A DNA stretch of 64,000 nucleotides from Podarcis gaigeae (lineage: Eukaryota): NCBI GenBank assembly GCA_964106915.2, contig OZ066916.1, one strand, 5' to 3'. Positions 37,491 to 51,128 of the stretch are shown here, one piece after another. Position numbers and translations under genes: made by a program. The notes under the pieces were generated by a model. The model saw nothing but the letters and a program-made list of their open reading frames with translations. It made no database searches and was not told where the DNA came from. Each line of letters opens with the position of its first letter. Position 1 is the first letter of the stretch.

Positions 37491-40316
37491 CCGATCAAAT
37501 GAGGAAAGGGAGAGTCATGTATGTCACCTTGAGTTCCGTAGAGGAAAAGGTGGGATATAAATGCAATAAAATGAATAAATAAATAACTTGGACACAGGCA
37601 CCCAGTGATCTTCATGGACAAATGTAAATTTCAACCCCACCCTTCAATGAGAAGATCCATAGTGGCAAATTTCCATGAAAGATAAGTTGTCCATCAATCA
37701 TCATCACCAATCTTGTCTTAAAATGCACAGCTGCACAGAACATTGGGTGTGGTCTAGACAGCATTCTTAATTCCCTGGATTTCTCACTGTCTGGTTGGAG
37801 CCTTGCTCACAGAAATGTCAGGATATATTCTTATTCTTATTATTTTGTGGTGCAACAATAACCAAAAATAATAATAATCCATCTTATTTCAATGGATTCA
37901 AAAGCATGTGCAGTAGTACATTTTCTTAAACTTTGCTTCACCAATACATAGTAAAGGAAATCTTTTCAAATCTCCAAAGAAAGTGTTGTTTTTAATAAAT
38001 ATGATCATCTACAGGAGACACAGCTTTCAATTTTTTTGTGTCTCTCCAGTACTTTAGCCAATTTCCCACGCCTTATATCCCAGCCAACCTTGTATATTTT
38101 CATTAGAATAAAAGTTTCCCTCCCCATTAATCTTGCTGAACAACTAGGCTTTGGGGTTTTTTTATTGCCAGGCTCTATTGCCCATAATTTGGGGGTCCCT
38201 AATTCCTGAATATCCATCACATGTAAATCGATTCTAAGCACTCCCATTACTCACATATTTGGACATGTCAAAGCAAGGCCACAAAAGAGCTGCGGTACCT
38301 CTTAGAATTCCCTTTGCTTTTCACACCAGAGAAGCCAAGGAGATACAAGTGAACAGTAGATTATTAAGGAAACTATTATTCAGGCAAGGCAGGGTGGGGG
38401 GCAGGAAAACTCATTCAGAAAAAATGGATAAGTCAAAACAACAAAACTCCAGGGTCAGATGCGGAAACGTTTCTGAATACCATATGCTAGAATCTGCAGA
38501 AGGGGAGAATGCTCTTATGCTCAGGTCTTGTTTGCAGGTTTCCCATGAGCATCTTTCTGGCCAGCATGAGAACAGGATGCTGGACTAGGTGGGCCATTGG
38601 CCTGATCCAGCAAGGTTCTTCTTAAGTTCTTACAAATAACAAGTGTTTCCAATTGAATACATACCTAGGGTTGTATCTGACTAAGTACTATTCATAGTAG
38701 ATCTGCTGAAATTAATGAAGCTAAGTTAGTCATGTCCATTAACTCAATGGGTGCACTCTGAGTAGGACTAGCATTGGATACCATCCATTGAAATTAGTGG
38801 TCTTAAAAATTAGTCATGGCAATTTATTTCAGATGGGGAGCCTGTGGCCCTCCAGTTGTCCTTGGACTCCAATCAGCCACAGGCAACATGGCCTGGTCAG
38901 GGCTGATGAGAACTGCAATCAAGCAACATCTGGATCACCAGAGGTTCTCCACCCATGGTGAAGCTGCTACATTGCACTGGTTTTCACTCTGCTTAGGTTC
39001 TGGTAGTTACTTCAAGTTGGCTTGACATAACAAGTATGGATAGACTGATGGCTACAAACGGACAGTGATATAAGCATAAACCACACTGTACTTCAAGATT
39101 CTCTTTCCACTTTCAGTAAGTAGCCAGCTGCACTGAGTCTTCCAAGAAGGTTTATGAAGTGTAGCTAATAGCTTTTTCATGTGGTGCAAATTCCCCAAAT
39201 GATGGCATGGCTGGTGCCTGCTTGGAATACATTTCCTTTACATTTTATCTCTTTGGAGTCTGTGTGTCAGTCATTGTTTTACAATCCCACCAAAACAAAA
39301 CTCAAATAGGTTAGCTAGATTGGTAATAAACTTCAATACATTAAGTCATTCATAAGCTGGCTTTTGAAGACTTAATATCAGCCATAATAATCATCCATAA
39401 AGTGTTATTGAATCAGGTCTTAAAACTTAATGCTGCTTTCATTACCCAAGGAGGAAAAGGGTTTCAGATTGGCAGGCGCTGGGAAGAAACGTCAGGCCCC
39501 CATGACTGATCAAAATTTGTTCGTGTGATTTAAAACCTTAATCACTCCCAGAAAGTTTGCTATTCAAAATGTTATCATTTGCACTCCGCAACGAACTCAT
39601 GTCAGTGAGCCTAATCTGTGCATACTGAGAGCAATGACATTGCACCAATAGAAAAACAACGAATTCATTTCCACTTAGAGATGATGTCATTAGGATTAGC
39701 ATGAGGAGGTTATATGTGCCAGTGGTGGAAAAAGGCAACCCAATGGAACCAAAGATGACCCAACCACTCCTGAAAGTGCCTACCCTGCTTTGTGACAACT
39801 AGCACCCAATCACAAATACCCACCTTTTAGGGGAAGGTTGAAGAGAGGGTTGTGGCACAACAACTGTATGTACTCTTGGATGAAACAGCCTTGATTAAGG
39901 ACTTAATTGGCCTTGATCGCACTGATGTACACTGAGAAGGAAAGATGGAGTGCGACCCTGTTATTCTTTCTTGATCTCTCAGTGGTTTTTGATTCCATTG
40001 ACCATCTGAACCAGCTTAGTGGGACAAGTATTGGAGGCACTGTTTTACAGTGGCTCTGATCCTTTCTCATGGTAGGTTTCAGAGAACAGCATTGGGTGAT
40101 TGAATTTTGGGACCCTGGCACTCTCACTCCTTTAGTTCTTTCTGTTATTATTTACATCAACTTCAAACTGCCTGGTCTCATGTTTAAGGTTATCACATCT
40201 CTGGTCCAACTATCAAATTACAAGTTCTTTACAAGCTCATCTTTCACTGTTTTGTTCTTGCAATTTTTAAAATATAAATCTACCTGTTGTTTAATCATTT
40301 TATTGTATGCTGTTCT

Positions 40317-40380
40317 ATAGATACAGATATAGATATAGATATAGATGATATAGATATAGATATAGATATAGATATAGATA
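40317..40380. repeat. (AGATAT)n microsatellite
   Basis: Direct reading. Confidence 0.9.
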
Positions 40381-40564
40381 ACCTATTACAATAAGAAAAT
40401 AAACAATAAAAGATTTACCGTTTCCATCACATTGTAGCATAGATAGTGAACACATGTGGGCACAAGATATGGGACATAATATCCAGATGGTGGAATGGGA
40501 AAAACTATGGAATAATGATATAAAGTTTACAACATCTGTAGCGAATAAAGAAAATTATATGAAA

Positions 40565-40760
40565 ATGATGTCTAGATGTATAAATGATGTCTAGATGTAT
40601 AAATATAAGGAAAGCAAATGTTGGAAATGTAAAATTACAGAAGAGACATTTTTCCATATGTGGTGGGATTGTAAAATCATAAACAAACATTGGGAAATGA
40701 TTTATAATGAGATGATGTTTAAAATAACATTTGTTAAAAAACCAGAAGCTTTCCTATTTC
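40565..40760 (+). mobile_element. L1/Tx1-type LINE ORF2 C-terminal cysteine-rich fragment
   Basis: CWKCKITEETFFHMWWDC matches the CxxC...H.WW.C zinc motif at the end of non-mammalian L1 ORF2. Confidence 0.65.
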
Positions 40761-41429
40761 AGTGCTTTCCTCTTGATATCCCCCCCCCCCCTTTATGGCT
40801 TTAGCCCAGAATTTGTATTCTGTTTGTCTGGTGGCAACTAGGGGTTGTAGAAGGTTTTCGTTTTATTATTGAGACTTAGTCTAGATTTATTTATTTGTTT
40901 TACTTTTATGCCACCTATTTAACTACATTCTCTAGGCAGTTCATAGCATGTAAAAATCAATAAACCAATAAAAAAACACCAACAAAACAAAACAGTTTTG
41001 CACCAGCACAGGCCGCAGGGGCAACTTCAATTCAAGAACCAAAGGAGAGAGAAAATACAGTTTAAAAGCTATTTTTAAAGGCCTGGGAGAACAGAAAGTT
41101 TTTATCTGGTATCGAAAAGAAAATAACACAGGTGCCAGGCAGTAGCAGGTCGCATGATGTGGTGGTGGCACTCACCTGACTGCTGGCTGGTTGTGTTGCT
41201 GCTACTTGCCAGGAGGTTAAAGGAGAAGACACAGGCAGTGGCAAGGTTGGTGCAGTGCAAAAACACCAGCAGAACCAGCAGTGTGTTTGCCCTTTGCCAA
41301 CTTTGCCATCAGTTTGCCCCTCCCCTTGTATATCCAATTAAACAGCAGTGGTGCAACTGACTGGAGGTCGAGTGAGTGCTGCCACCCCACCAGTCTGGTA
41401 CTTACTGTTAAACTGGAAACGTTCCCATA

Positions 41430-41478
<49 letters not shown>
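41430..41478. repeat. (TCTG)n microsatellite
   Basis: Direct reading. Confidence 0.95.
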
Positions 41479-41480
<2 letters not shown>

Positions 41481-44069
41481 TTTTATTGTACTTATTTGAG
41501 CTGCATGAGAGTGGGCACAGACTATATTCCGGAGAAGGCATATCAAAAGAAGGAGAATGACACAGATCAAGTGGATCCACAACATATGGTGAAGTCTGGC
41601 ATAAGTGCAATTAATCAGAGATACATGAAAGTAACCTTTGGAAATAATAGATGGTTGCACCATTGATATAAAGAGCTGACAAGCCACACAAGGGCTGGCA
41701 ATTGCTTTCTAGCCTAATCAAAATTAGTTCTGGGAAATCACTTGTGCCTCTCCTGGCAACTGGCCACACCTCCCTGGGATGACCTGCCTTGCACTTGAGA
41801 ATCACTGGATTTGCATACTCAGCTTCTGTATACAGAAATATCTCTACCAGTTGATCGTGCTGTACACTTGCCATGACAACTAAGCAGCTGAATCACTTAT
41901 TGTTCTGTGGTCGGGTCATTTGGGTGATGGTATAGTGGAAGAAATTATTAATTTATAAAAGCTGTGGGTGATTACAGTCAGTATTTAAATAAAATATTAT
42001 TGAAGTTCTATCTGCAGGTATTCTATTTTCCCTAAAGGATTCTATGAACATCTGGAGAATTTGTAGGATAACATTTTATGCAGGCTGTTTAAAAAAAACC
42101 ACAACCTGTTTATTTGATTATGCTAATAGCTAATTAATTCATACACCTGAGTCAATAGTTGAGAGAAAAACTGACTTCTCTAAAAATGGAAACCTCCCTG
42201 CCTTTTCCTAAGTGTTTAAAAAATGTACTGTATACAACCTAGGCTTCAAAAATGAGCTTAGTTCACCAACACTCTCATTCAGGTCTGCTGAGTAAGAAAG
42301 CACAGCAAAGGAATAAAGGGCTGCCTGAGGACAGGGGCAACCTCTTCTCTTTTGTGAACTTGGATTTGGCTTCCTGTTTAGGAGCCTAACTCCCCATCCC
42401 CTATCGTGATCGATAACCTGGCAGGTGCTGAAAGTCTAAGCACTGCTCAGATAGAAAAAGCAGAGGAAAAGGAAAGGAGAACAACTACCACATACAGAAG
42501 AAATGGCACAGTACATGTGAACCTTTTGCAGCTTTCTTTGTGTTCTCTCAAGACTCCTTTGATAAGATCATTAAAGAATCAGGGACACTGTAAACATTAT
42601 GCATGGTTGGTGTGAACCCAATCACTATTAAAACAGGATACTTAACAAGTAAGCTGTAGACATGGATGAAGGTGTTCCTTCAGTTCTGAAGCTGTCAACT
42701 AGCAATGTTCAACCATTATTAAATGACTCCACAATGATAATTTAACTTGTGAAAATCTGTTGCATGTAAATTCACCATCAGAGTTTATCCTCCATGCTAA
42801 ACACATATGCCAATAAACTTTTAAAAGCACATAATTTTCTATATTTTGCTTTTTAAAAAGTGATCAGAACTCTCTTCCTGAATGATTATTCCCATCCATG
42901 AACCAGTGCTCCTCCAAAACAGTTTGAGAAGGACAACATGGTGCCTCTCCCATTCCATGTCTAAAGGCCAAATAGAATTATATTTCAAACACCCTTGATA
43001 GGACGGTATCCTCTGCAGCATCTGAGGGCAAAAGAGCAGTATACGAGGGTGCAGGGAAAGCTGTCTGCTCCCTGCCTCTCAGCATTTGCCACCTGAGGCA
43101 GCTGCCTTACCCTGCCCAATAGTAGGGCCAGCCCTGCTATGAACTAGAAACATAGTACAGTACACAGAAGGAACCATGAAATTCAAAGCAGCTCTACCAC
43201 ATGGTTAAAAAGCAGCACCTGATAGTTTTCTTTTATGTTAAATTTTTTTAAAAAAGAAATGTCCAGCCAGCTGAATGAAGCAACTGCCCTGGTGCCTGGG
43301 ACAGGTAACAGCATCCTTTAATGGGTCACTGGGTGACCTTGGGCCAGCCACTGCCTCTCAGCCTAACCTACCTCACAGAATTGTTTTGGGGATTAAATGA
43401 AGAGCAAGAGAACTATGTGGCCACATTTTGCTCCCCAAAGAAAATGGTGGGATATACCGGTGTATACCTGTCATATTTGCCAGGTCAATTTCCGTTCTGG
43501 ACATGGGATGGACAAGCAAATACTCTAGTCTACATATTTGCTGGAATTATCTTACCTCCCTAGCTGCCACCTGTCTCTGGAAGTCATTGGGGGTGGGGGT
43601 CACAGGCTAGAGGGCCCTGGACAAGCGCTCTGAAAACTGACCCCAGTGATGTCATTGCATTGTGCAGAAGGACCAGCAAAAACCACCTCACACTCAAGCT
43701 TTGTGTATTATACAGAATGCAAGTAGTCAAGGTACCATAAACCTTTTTGAAACCATTAGTGCTGGCTTGAAGCATTCTGCCATTAAAGCCTCTGTTGAAA
43801 TATGCAGCAAAACAAAGCATCTAGCCCAGAGGTTGAATCAGGATAATGCTGCCCTCACCAGTACTGCTCTTTATAAGCAGGAATGGATGTACTCAGTGTT
43901 TTGCTACCTTTTTATTATTTAAAGTTTACCTACTGATAAGAGAAGCACAGGTGCCATTTTGGGTGAGCATCAGGGTATGTAACGAGCTGTCTTAAGGGAT
44001 TAAATAATTGGCAACTTCCCACCTGTGCTGACATCAGGCCTGACTCATAACAAATTCATCCAATTGTTT

Positions 44070-44480
44070 ATTTTATTTATTAAATTTACATACAGCTCTT
44101 CATCTGAGGATCACAGGGCATTTTGCAGCACAGAAACACAAAAATACATAACATAACTAAACAGTACCCCCTCCCAAGACACACAGAGTTTAAAAAGGCC
44201 ATAGATGATTTAATGCACCAAAGCCTTGGGTGACGAAGTGTGTTTTTGCTTGACACCTAAATATATGTAATGAAGGCACCAGGTGAGTGTCCCTGGGGAA
44301 AGCATTCTACAAATGGGGAGCTGCTACGGAAAAGGCCTGTTCTCATGCTGCCATACTCTGAACCTCTCACAGAAAAGGCACAAAAAGAAGGGTCTCAGGT
44401 TATGATCACTGCGTCTGGGTCAGTTCATACGGGGAGAGGCAGTCCTTGAGGTATTGCGGTCCTGAGCTGTTTAAAGCTTT
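44070..44480 (-). mobile_element. Degraded L2-clade LINE 3' fragment
   Basis: Resembles 840-1120 (AGCATTC...GAAAAGGCC...TTTAAAGCTTTA) and has an (TTTA)-type tail at its left end. Confidence 0.6.
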
Positions 44481-46146
44481 AGAAAATCCTGCCCCCTGCC
44501 TTCTTTTAAAAGGTATCTGAAGCTAAATTTAGCATACCACAGAGGATTTATCATAGTAAAATTGTCATCATCTTTTACTTCAAGAGAAATGTGAGTTCTG
44601 AAAGCTTTTTGAGGAGGAGTGGATCAGGGAGGAAAAATCTTTTCCCCCCCTTCCTATAATCATAAGGGCTACAGCCCTTACTTGGTTGTAAATGAAAACT
44701 GAAGAGGGCCACCAGAATTATGGGTGCCTGAACAACTACCACAAACCTAACACACCCTACTGTTATCTGTTCACATAATACATGTAGGCCAGCTGTAGAA
44801 ACTGACATTTATTATACTTTCTTGGATGGTGGTATCACAGCATAAATGATAACTTTTAAAAATAAATCACATACAACCATATATGCAAATACTGGAATAT
44901 TTTTGGGGGGGGTTAGAATCATGGAAAATTCAGCATTGCTCTGTAAATAGGTTAGAAACGATAGCTTATAAATGTTTTAAAATACTTTCACACTTACACA
45001 AACATTTGAGATTGAACTCAGAGTTTAATTGGGGATTTGAACTCTATTTGAAAGTATTAAGACAACCTGAATTACAGATTCCTTATAAATTTATTTTCTT
45101 CTTATGGTAATACAAAAATTAACTGTTTCACTTCTGGATTTTTAGAAGGCTTGCATTTTTCATAGTTAAAAAGTACGCTGAAAAAGGCTTATGGGAAATA
45201 TCTGCAGGGCAGACTATTCTGTATTCACCATATGCACAGCATTTCTTTCCTTAAACATTTTATTAACCTTCTGCTGATGCAAAATGATTGCTGATCAAGC
45301 AATAGATGGGGGGTCAGTCCTGCAATTATGTTTTGAATTCTATTCAAACATATCTCAGCCAGCATGAAAGGGTGGGGATGGGAGTTGATAAAATGAGTTG
45401 TTCTTGAAATGGGGTCTTTTAGAAGAACAATTAACCTACAATAACTGTTCTGGCCTCCTCTTAAGCCCCTGAATAGTAATCCTTCCTCATTAACTTCAAG
45501 TCTAATTAGCACCAGTAATGAAAACTGCTTCTGAAATAATCATAAGGTCATGCTCCCTTCATCTACAAAGTCTAATAATACCAATTAGTGCACTGGCCAT
45601 TTTGATTTAACCACATGGCCATCCAGTTAGTCAACAGACATGGGCTGGAGGAACCTGTGCACCTGGGATAAGTCACAGCTTGGAATTAGTGAGCAGACTC
45701 GAGTCAAGCCACAGATATGGCCAGATTTTGGCTGGATCTAGACACATCAAAGAAGCATTTCTGTTTTGTCTTTCTTCCCTTCTCCTTGCCACCTGTTTTT
45801 TCCTCTGTTAATGCTCACAGCATTTCTTCTGTGTCGTCCTAAGCATGGCATACAACTTTTCTCAAACTATACACAGCAAGTGGTCTTAGGGAGCAATGGG
45901 TAAGACACTTGTATCCTGTTTGTGGTGTTGTTTTTGTACCAAGCATTTTATGACTGTCAGGTATACCTAAAATTTAGCACCTGCACTATTACTTATCTGA
46001 GATTCTTGTACTCAAAAATCCATAAATAAATGTGCCTGTTTTATTTTATTTTTAAAGAAAGCTGTTGGGGGCTACTAGAATAACAGCAGAACTGGAGGCA
46101 TGGGTTCTTCTTGAGAATGTTATTTGATTTTCTAAAAGATATAGGG

Positions 46147-46278
46147 CAGGCATAGGCAAACTCGACCCTCCAGATGTTTTGGGACTACAATTCCCATCAT
46201 CCCTGACCACTGGTCCTGTTGGCTGGCATGGGTGTTGTAGTCCCAAAACATCTGGAGGGCCGAGTTTGCCTATACCTG
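46147..46278. mobile_element. Palindromic hAT MITE
   Basis: Long TIR CAGGCATAGGCAAACTCG... and a perfect 8-bp TSD ATATAGGG. Confidence 0.92.
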
Positions 46279-48635
46279 ATATAGGGCCTAAAGAGGACCC
46301 CTTTGGTGAAGTGTGAGCTCATGAAGAGCTTCTATTTTCTGCTGGTCTAATACTCCAAGTGAAGAGATTTCAACTAGGTGAAATGTGACCCATTGATTGG
46401 ATCGACTAATAATTTGTTGCAAGCTTCAGATTTGCAAGTTTTTCTTCAGATATGGGCAATCAGGGTGGAAAAAAAGAAATCCTACAAATGCAGCTAAACT
46501 GGAAGATACCTGGCTGAGGCTAGTGCTCCATGAACAAAGAATTATAAAATCATATTGTAGTAATTAATAAGATTACACTCAGTTAGACTTTGCCCAGAGG
46601 AACAGTTATTTCTGCCTTATGGAGAATATGTGATGGAAATTTTCAATATTGCAATCACTTAGTTTGATAAAAGATATAATTCAATTTACTACATATCTCT
46701 CAGTATACGGGATACAATAGTGCCGCTGACATTTCATAGCAGACTTGAGCAGGCACTAACTGAATGGTGCTGAAGGCCAGCTCAGGAAAAGTGTGCACAG
46801 GATCACACCCTTGGAGATGTTGGCACTGGACCTTGGATGGGCAGATCTGCCTATTCTTATTTCTATTAATTTCCTCAGTTTCCCCATCTATCAGTACTCC
46901 ACAGTTCAGTACTCCACATTTGTGGATCAGTTTGCAATTTAATTATTTATTTAAGAAGCTCTTGTGAAAATTCATCAGCATTTTATTGCAGATTTCTACT
47001 AGTATAACACATTTTTGTATGTTAGTTTCGCTAATGTGGGCATTTTTTTGCATACTTTACCCAGGTATATGCATTTTTGTACACATTACTTGGCTTACTT
47101 GGCTGGAGGACTGCACTGCAAAATTTGGAGATGTGCAAATTTGGAAGGATCACTGTGCTTCAGGTTTAGTTCAAGTATTGTTTCAAAAAGTGCGAATTAG
47201 TTAGGTTTACCTTTAAATGCAAACTGAATCAGATTTATTCCCAATATTTTATTTTTGTAACTAAAAGCAGCCTCCTGGAAAGAAATTATGGAGGGGAGAT
47301 GCAGCTTAACTCTTCCCCTTCCAGGCATTTTTGTGCATTCAAAAGCCATATACACATTCCTCAGTGTGCTTTTTATTTCACAGGGGTAAATATATAGGTA
47401 CCTGTCTCTTACCTGCTGCAGGACAAAAAGCAGCAGGAAGTTACCAATTTTCAGTAGAAAATGTCTGGAAGGGAAAAGATTTCATACCACCACCACCTGC
47501 TCATCCTTCACCGCTATTCACAGCTTCTTGTCACTGCTTTCAGTTAAAACAAGGGCATTTCTGAGAAAATACACACATAGTAACATGCAATTTGGCTCTA
47601 AAATGTAGACAGTAAAAGCTACACTTTCAGTTGACACCAGCAATCTGTACACACAAATTGAATTCTATGGGATTATGCCCATGGTTTGTTTGTTAAAAGA
47701 AAAAAAAGAAAAAAAAACATAGATTAGGTCACATTTGTAGTCTAGGTGCATGCTAGTGCCATCTTCTGGATGTAGCCAGAACTACTCAATTAAAAGGAAT
47801 GAATAAACTTGTACAGTCATTTATCAGTTTCTGTCAGTGCCTCCTTTCCGTTTTATCCCAATTTAGAGAATTACCTCTTTCTTGAACTCTCAGTTCCCAG
47901 CAATGTGTTTGTATAAGAAGTTCACCTTTCATACATACAGAAGTCTACAAGTATATGGAGTATTTAGCCAACTCATGTGTTTCGGAGAAAAGCGTTTAAA
48001 TAATAAGATTTTAAACCCTCACTATCATTCAAAGCTGGTTTAGAGAAAGGCAGCATCCTGTGATATTATGAACTGATTCTGATTGCTTCCAGAGGCATGC
48101 TATGGCGCAGTGCTGCATCTGTGAACTGTTTTGCATTAGGGACAAGGGTCCCTTTCTTTGCACTTCATAATGATGAATGTGATTCCTGAAGAGTGGTTCT
48201 CCGGTTCCAACCTCAGCATTGATGTATTAGCTGCCTTCTATGCTCTCACAACTCCACTTCAGCCCCCAAGGAAAAGGATGTGGCAAACAAAACGTCTGCA
48301 CTGTTTTGAAGGTGCCCTGCTCTACCAGACCTGACGAAACCTAGGTATATATCTAGGGTGTGGTCACAACACTGACCACATTGTGTAGAAGCTAACTCAG
48401 CTGCTGTCACTGAGAAGCAAAAAAAACCACACACCTCAGAGCAGGAGCTGCCAGTCTCTTGTGTCCTGTCCCTGGAAAGGAGCTGTTGCATGGCCCCCAA
48501 CCAATTGGAAGTTCATAATAAGGTAATAAATTGCAAGGACGTAACAATGTAAGCGAGGCCTGCTGGATCAAGCCCAAGTCCTGCCTAGACCAGAATACTG
48601 CTCTGACAGTGGCCAACCAGATGCCTCTTAAAATG

Positions 48636-48990
48636 AGGTAAAGGTAAATGGACCCCTGACCATTAGGTCCAGTCGTGAACGACTCTAGGGTTGCGGCGCT
48701 CATCTCGCTTTATTGGCCGAGGGAGCTGGCGTACAGTTTCCGAGTCATGTGGCCAGCATGACTAAGCCACTATTGGCAAACCAGAGCAGTGCACGGAAAC
48801 GCCGTTTACCTTCCCACCAGAGCAATACCTATTTATCTACTTGCACTTTGACATGCTTTCGAACTGCTTGGTTGGCAGGAGCAGGGACCGAGCAACAGCA
48901 GCTCACCCCATCACGGGGATTCGAACCGCCGACCTTTTGACCGGTAAGTCCTAGGCTCTGTGGTTTAACTCACAGCACCAGCCACGTCCC
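48636..48990 (-). mobile_element. Sauria SINE (Squam1-type)
   Basis: Highly similar to 11763-12127. Flanked by a TSD-like TCTTAAA(A)TGAGGTA. Confidence 0.92.
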
Positions 48991-49216
48991 ATCTTAAATG
49001 AGGTACTAGCTTTCAAATGAAGTAACTAAGAAGTGGAGTGCTAATCAGATAGCTTTCAGAAAATGGGCTGAACCAGAGTTCCTTAACCCACTTTGAAATC
49101 ATCAGCAGACAGCTGCCTAACATAAATCAGACGTTCCCTTTGAATTAACAGTGGATCTTTATCAACCCTAGGAGCAGTGTGCTTTCAACATACTGTGCTG
49201 AATCTTATCAAAAAGA

Positions 49217-49219
<3 letters not shown>

Positions 49220-49254
<35 letters not shown>
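49220..49254. repeat. (GT)n microsatellite
   Basis: Direct reading. Confidence 0.95.
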
Positions 49255-49257
<3 letters not shown>

Positions 49258-49733
49258 TTGATTGGTTTTGTTTATTTACTTTGGCCAATGCAGGTGAAAT
49301 AAAATGGTGAGCATACAACATAGCTCAGCGTATCTTTAAAAGGACTCCAAGTGCATCCAAAATATTCAGATAATCATACATCAAGAGAAACAGAAGTGCT
49401 ACTTGCCTAGGATTAAATGAACATGAAGAACCCCACAGACCAATAAGAGAGGCGGTTTTAGGGCAGCACAACCAGTTCCCCAGCACTGGACACCAAGCAG
49501 AGATGATGCCTTGTAAGCACTTGCCCTGCTGTGGGAAGGAGGCATGAGGGCTCTAGGACCCTGCAAGAGCCCACGGTGCAAGAACTAGGGGAGGAGCAAA
49601 TGTTGGCCTAATCCAGGGTGCCAAAGCACCAAAGTCCACCCTTGCTAGTAGGATAATTTTGATTAACAATGTTGGATTAAAAAAAGGCTTGGGATGAGAG
49701 GAAGGTGGTTCAGTGTTTGTGTGCTGTGTGTAC

Positions 49734-49735
<2 letters not shown>

Positions 49736-49775
<40 letters not shown>

Positions 49776-49808
49776 CACACACACACACACACGCATGCAT
49801 GTGTATGT
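49736..49808. repeat. (GT)n-GCGC-(AC)n compound microsatellite
   Basis: Direct reading. Confidence 0.95.
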
Positions 49809-51044
49809 CTGTGAGCCCTATAGCAGGTGTTATTTGAAAGCAGTGTGCTGGTTGTTGTAAAACGTGTGTTGAAAGCATGTAAAAGTAATTTATCACATAT
49901 AATGTAAAGTGGGATACCAGAGTCATGCTTCTGCTGTTGCAGTGAATCTCTTCACAACCATGGTTTTCAGCATAGCAGCCATCACAGAGTTCCAGAACAG
50001 CCACCATCAAAATAGCCCTGTTGCCGTTAATGTACAGGCACAGTTTACTGGCTTCTGCCATCTCTCCCTCGCCACATCAGATAATCTTTTGATTAAGACC
50101 TCCATTTCATGTTATGTGCATGAAGCAGGGAGGGGTTCACACAATTTATGGGCTCCAGGGTTATGCTGGTGCCCATAAATAGCCCTGATGTCTCATATTG
50201 AATGCTAACATCTGAAGAGGAGAAACCTGGGTATATAGGTTGGCTTGCCCTTTTCAGATTTCCATGCTCAACATGCAGACATCAGTAGGCATGAGTAGAG
50301 AAATGTGACTGCCAGGGTAGTTCAGCATCCATTTAATCACATAGAGCCTCCTTGGTATGAGGTGGTTTTAGCTCAGGGCACATCACCAGGGGTATAAAGC
50401 TCAGCAATGGAACATAGCTCAAGGCTATAGCCTAAAAGCATTTGACACAGCAATGTTGCTACAGCTATGCTGTGAGTATGGTCATTGCCTGTATGGAACC
50501 CTATATAAGCAGCATTGTCTAGGAACTCTATATATGCTACATTGCGTTCTGCTGAATGAAGAAAGGCAGGATATAAATGTAAATTTATGCAGTTAGGAAT
50601 ATTGTGAAGTGGCTTGTTCACTCAGCAGGTTGTAGTGGTGTAGCATGCATTTTGCTTACATACTCTGGGCCATGCCCCTGCCTCAACCTAGAAAAGCTCC
50701 CACCATGTAGTAGTGAAGCACAGCCACCATTGTCATGGACTTGCCATGGACCATCATGAGCCTTCTTTGTGGGTGTGAGGTTAGGACATTGCTTTCCGTT
50801 TAGCCCTGCCTCTTCTTCCTTTTTCCATCTCAACTTTTACCAGTTGGTCACCTTTCCATCCAGTTTACATCATGGTCCACTGTAAACTTATTGGTGTAGG
50901 GTGCATCATGGTGCTTAACTATGTGTCTGCTGTTCCTTACAAAACCTGTGTTACTCTCACACAGACATCCACCCAAACACAGTGTGTGCAATGATATGTC
51001 CCATTTTTTTGTGGCATCTCAGTGGGACTTAAACACTTTCCCAA

Positions 51045-51048
<4 letters not shown>

Positions 51049-51089
<41 letters not shown>

Positions 51090-51128
51090 TCTGTGTGTGT
51101 GTGTGTGAGAGAGAGAGAGGGGGGGGGG
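51049..51128. repeat. (GT)n-(GA)n-(G)n compound microsatellite
   Basis: Direct reading. Confidence 0.95.
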
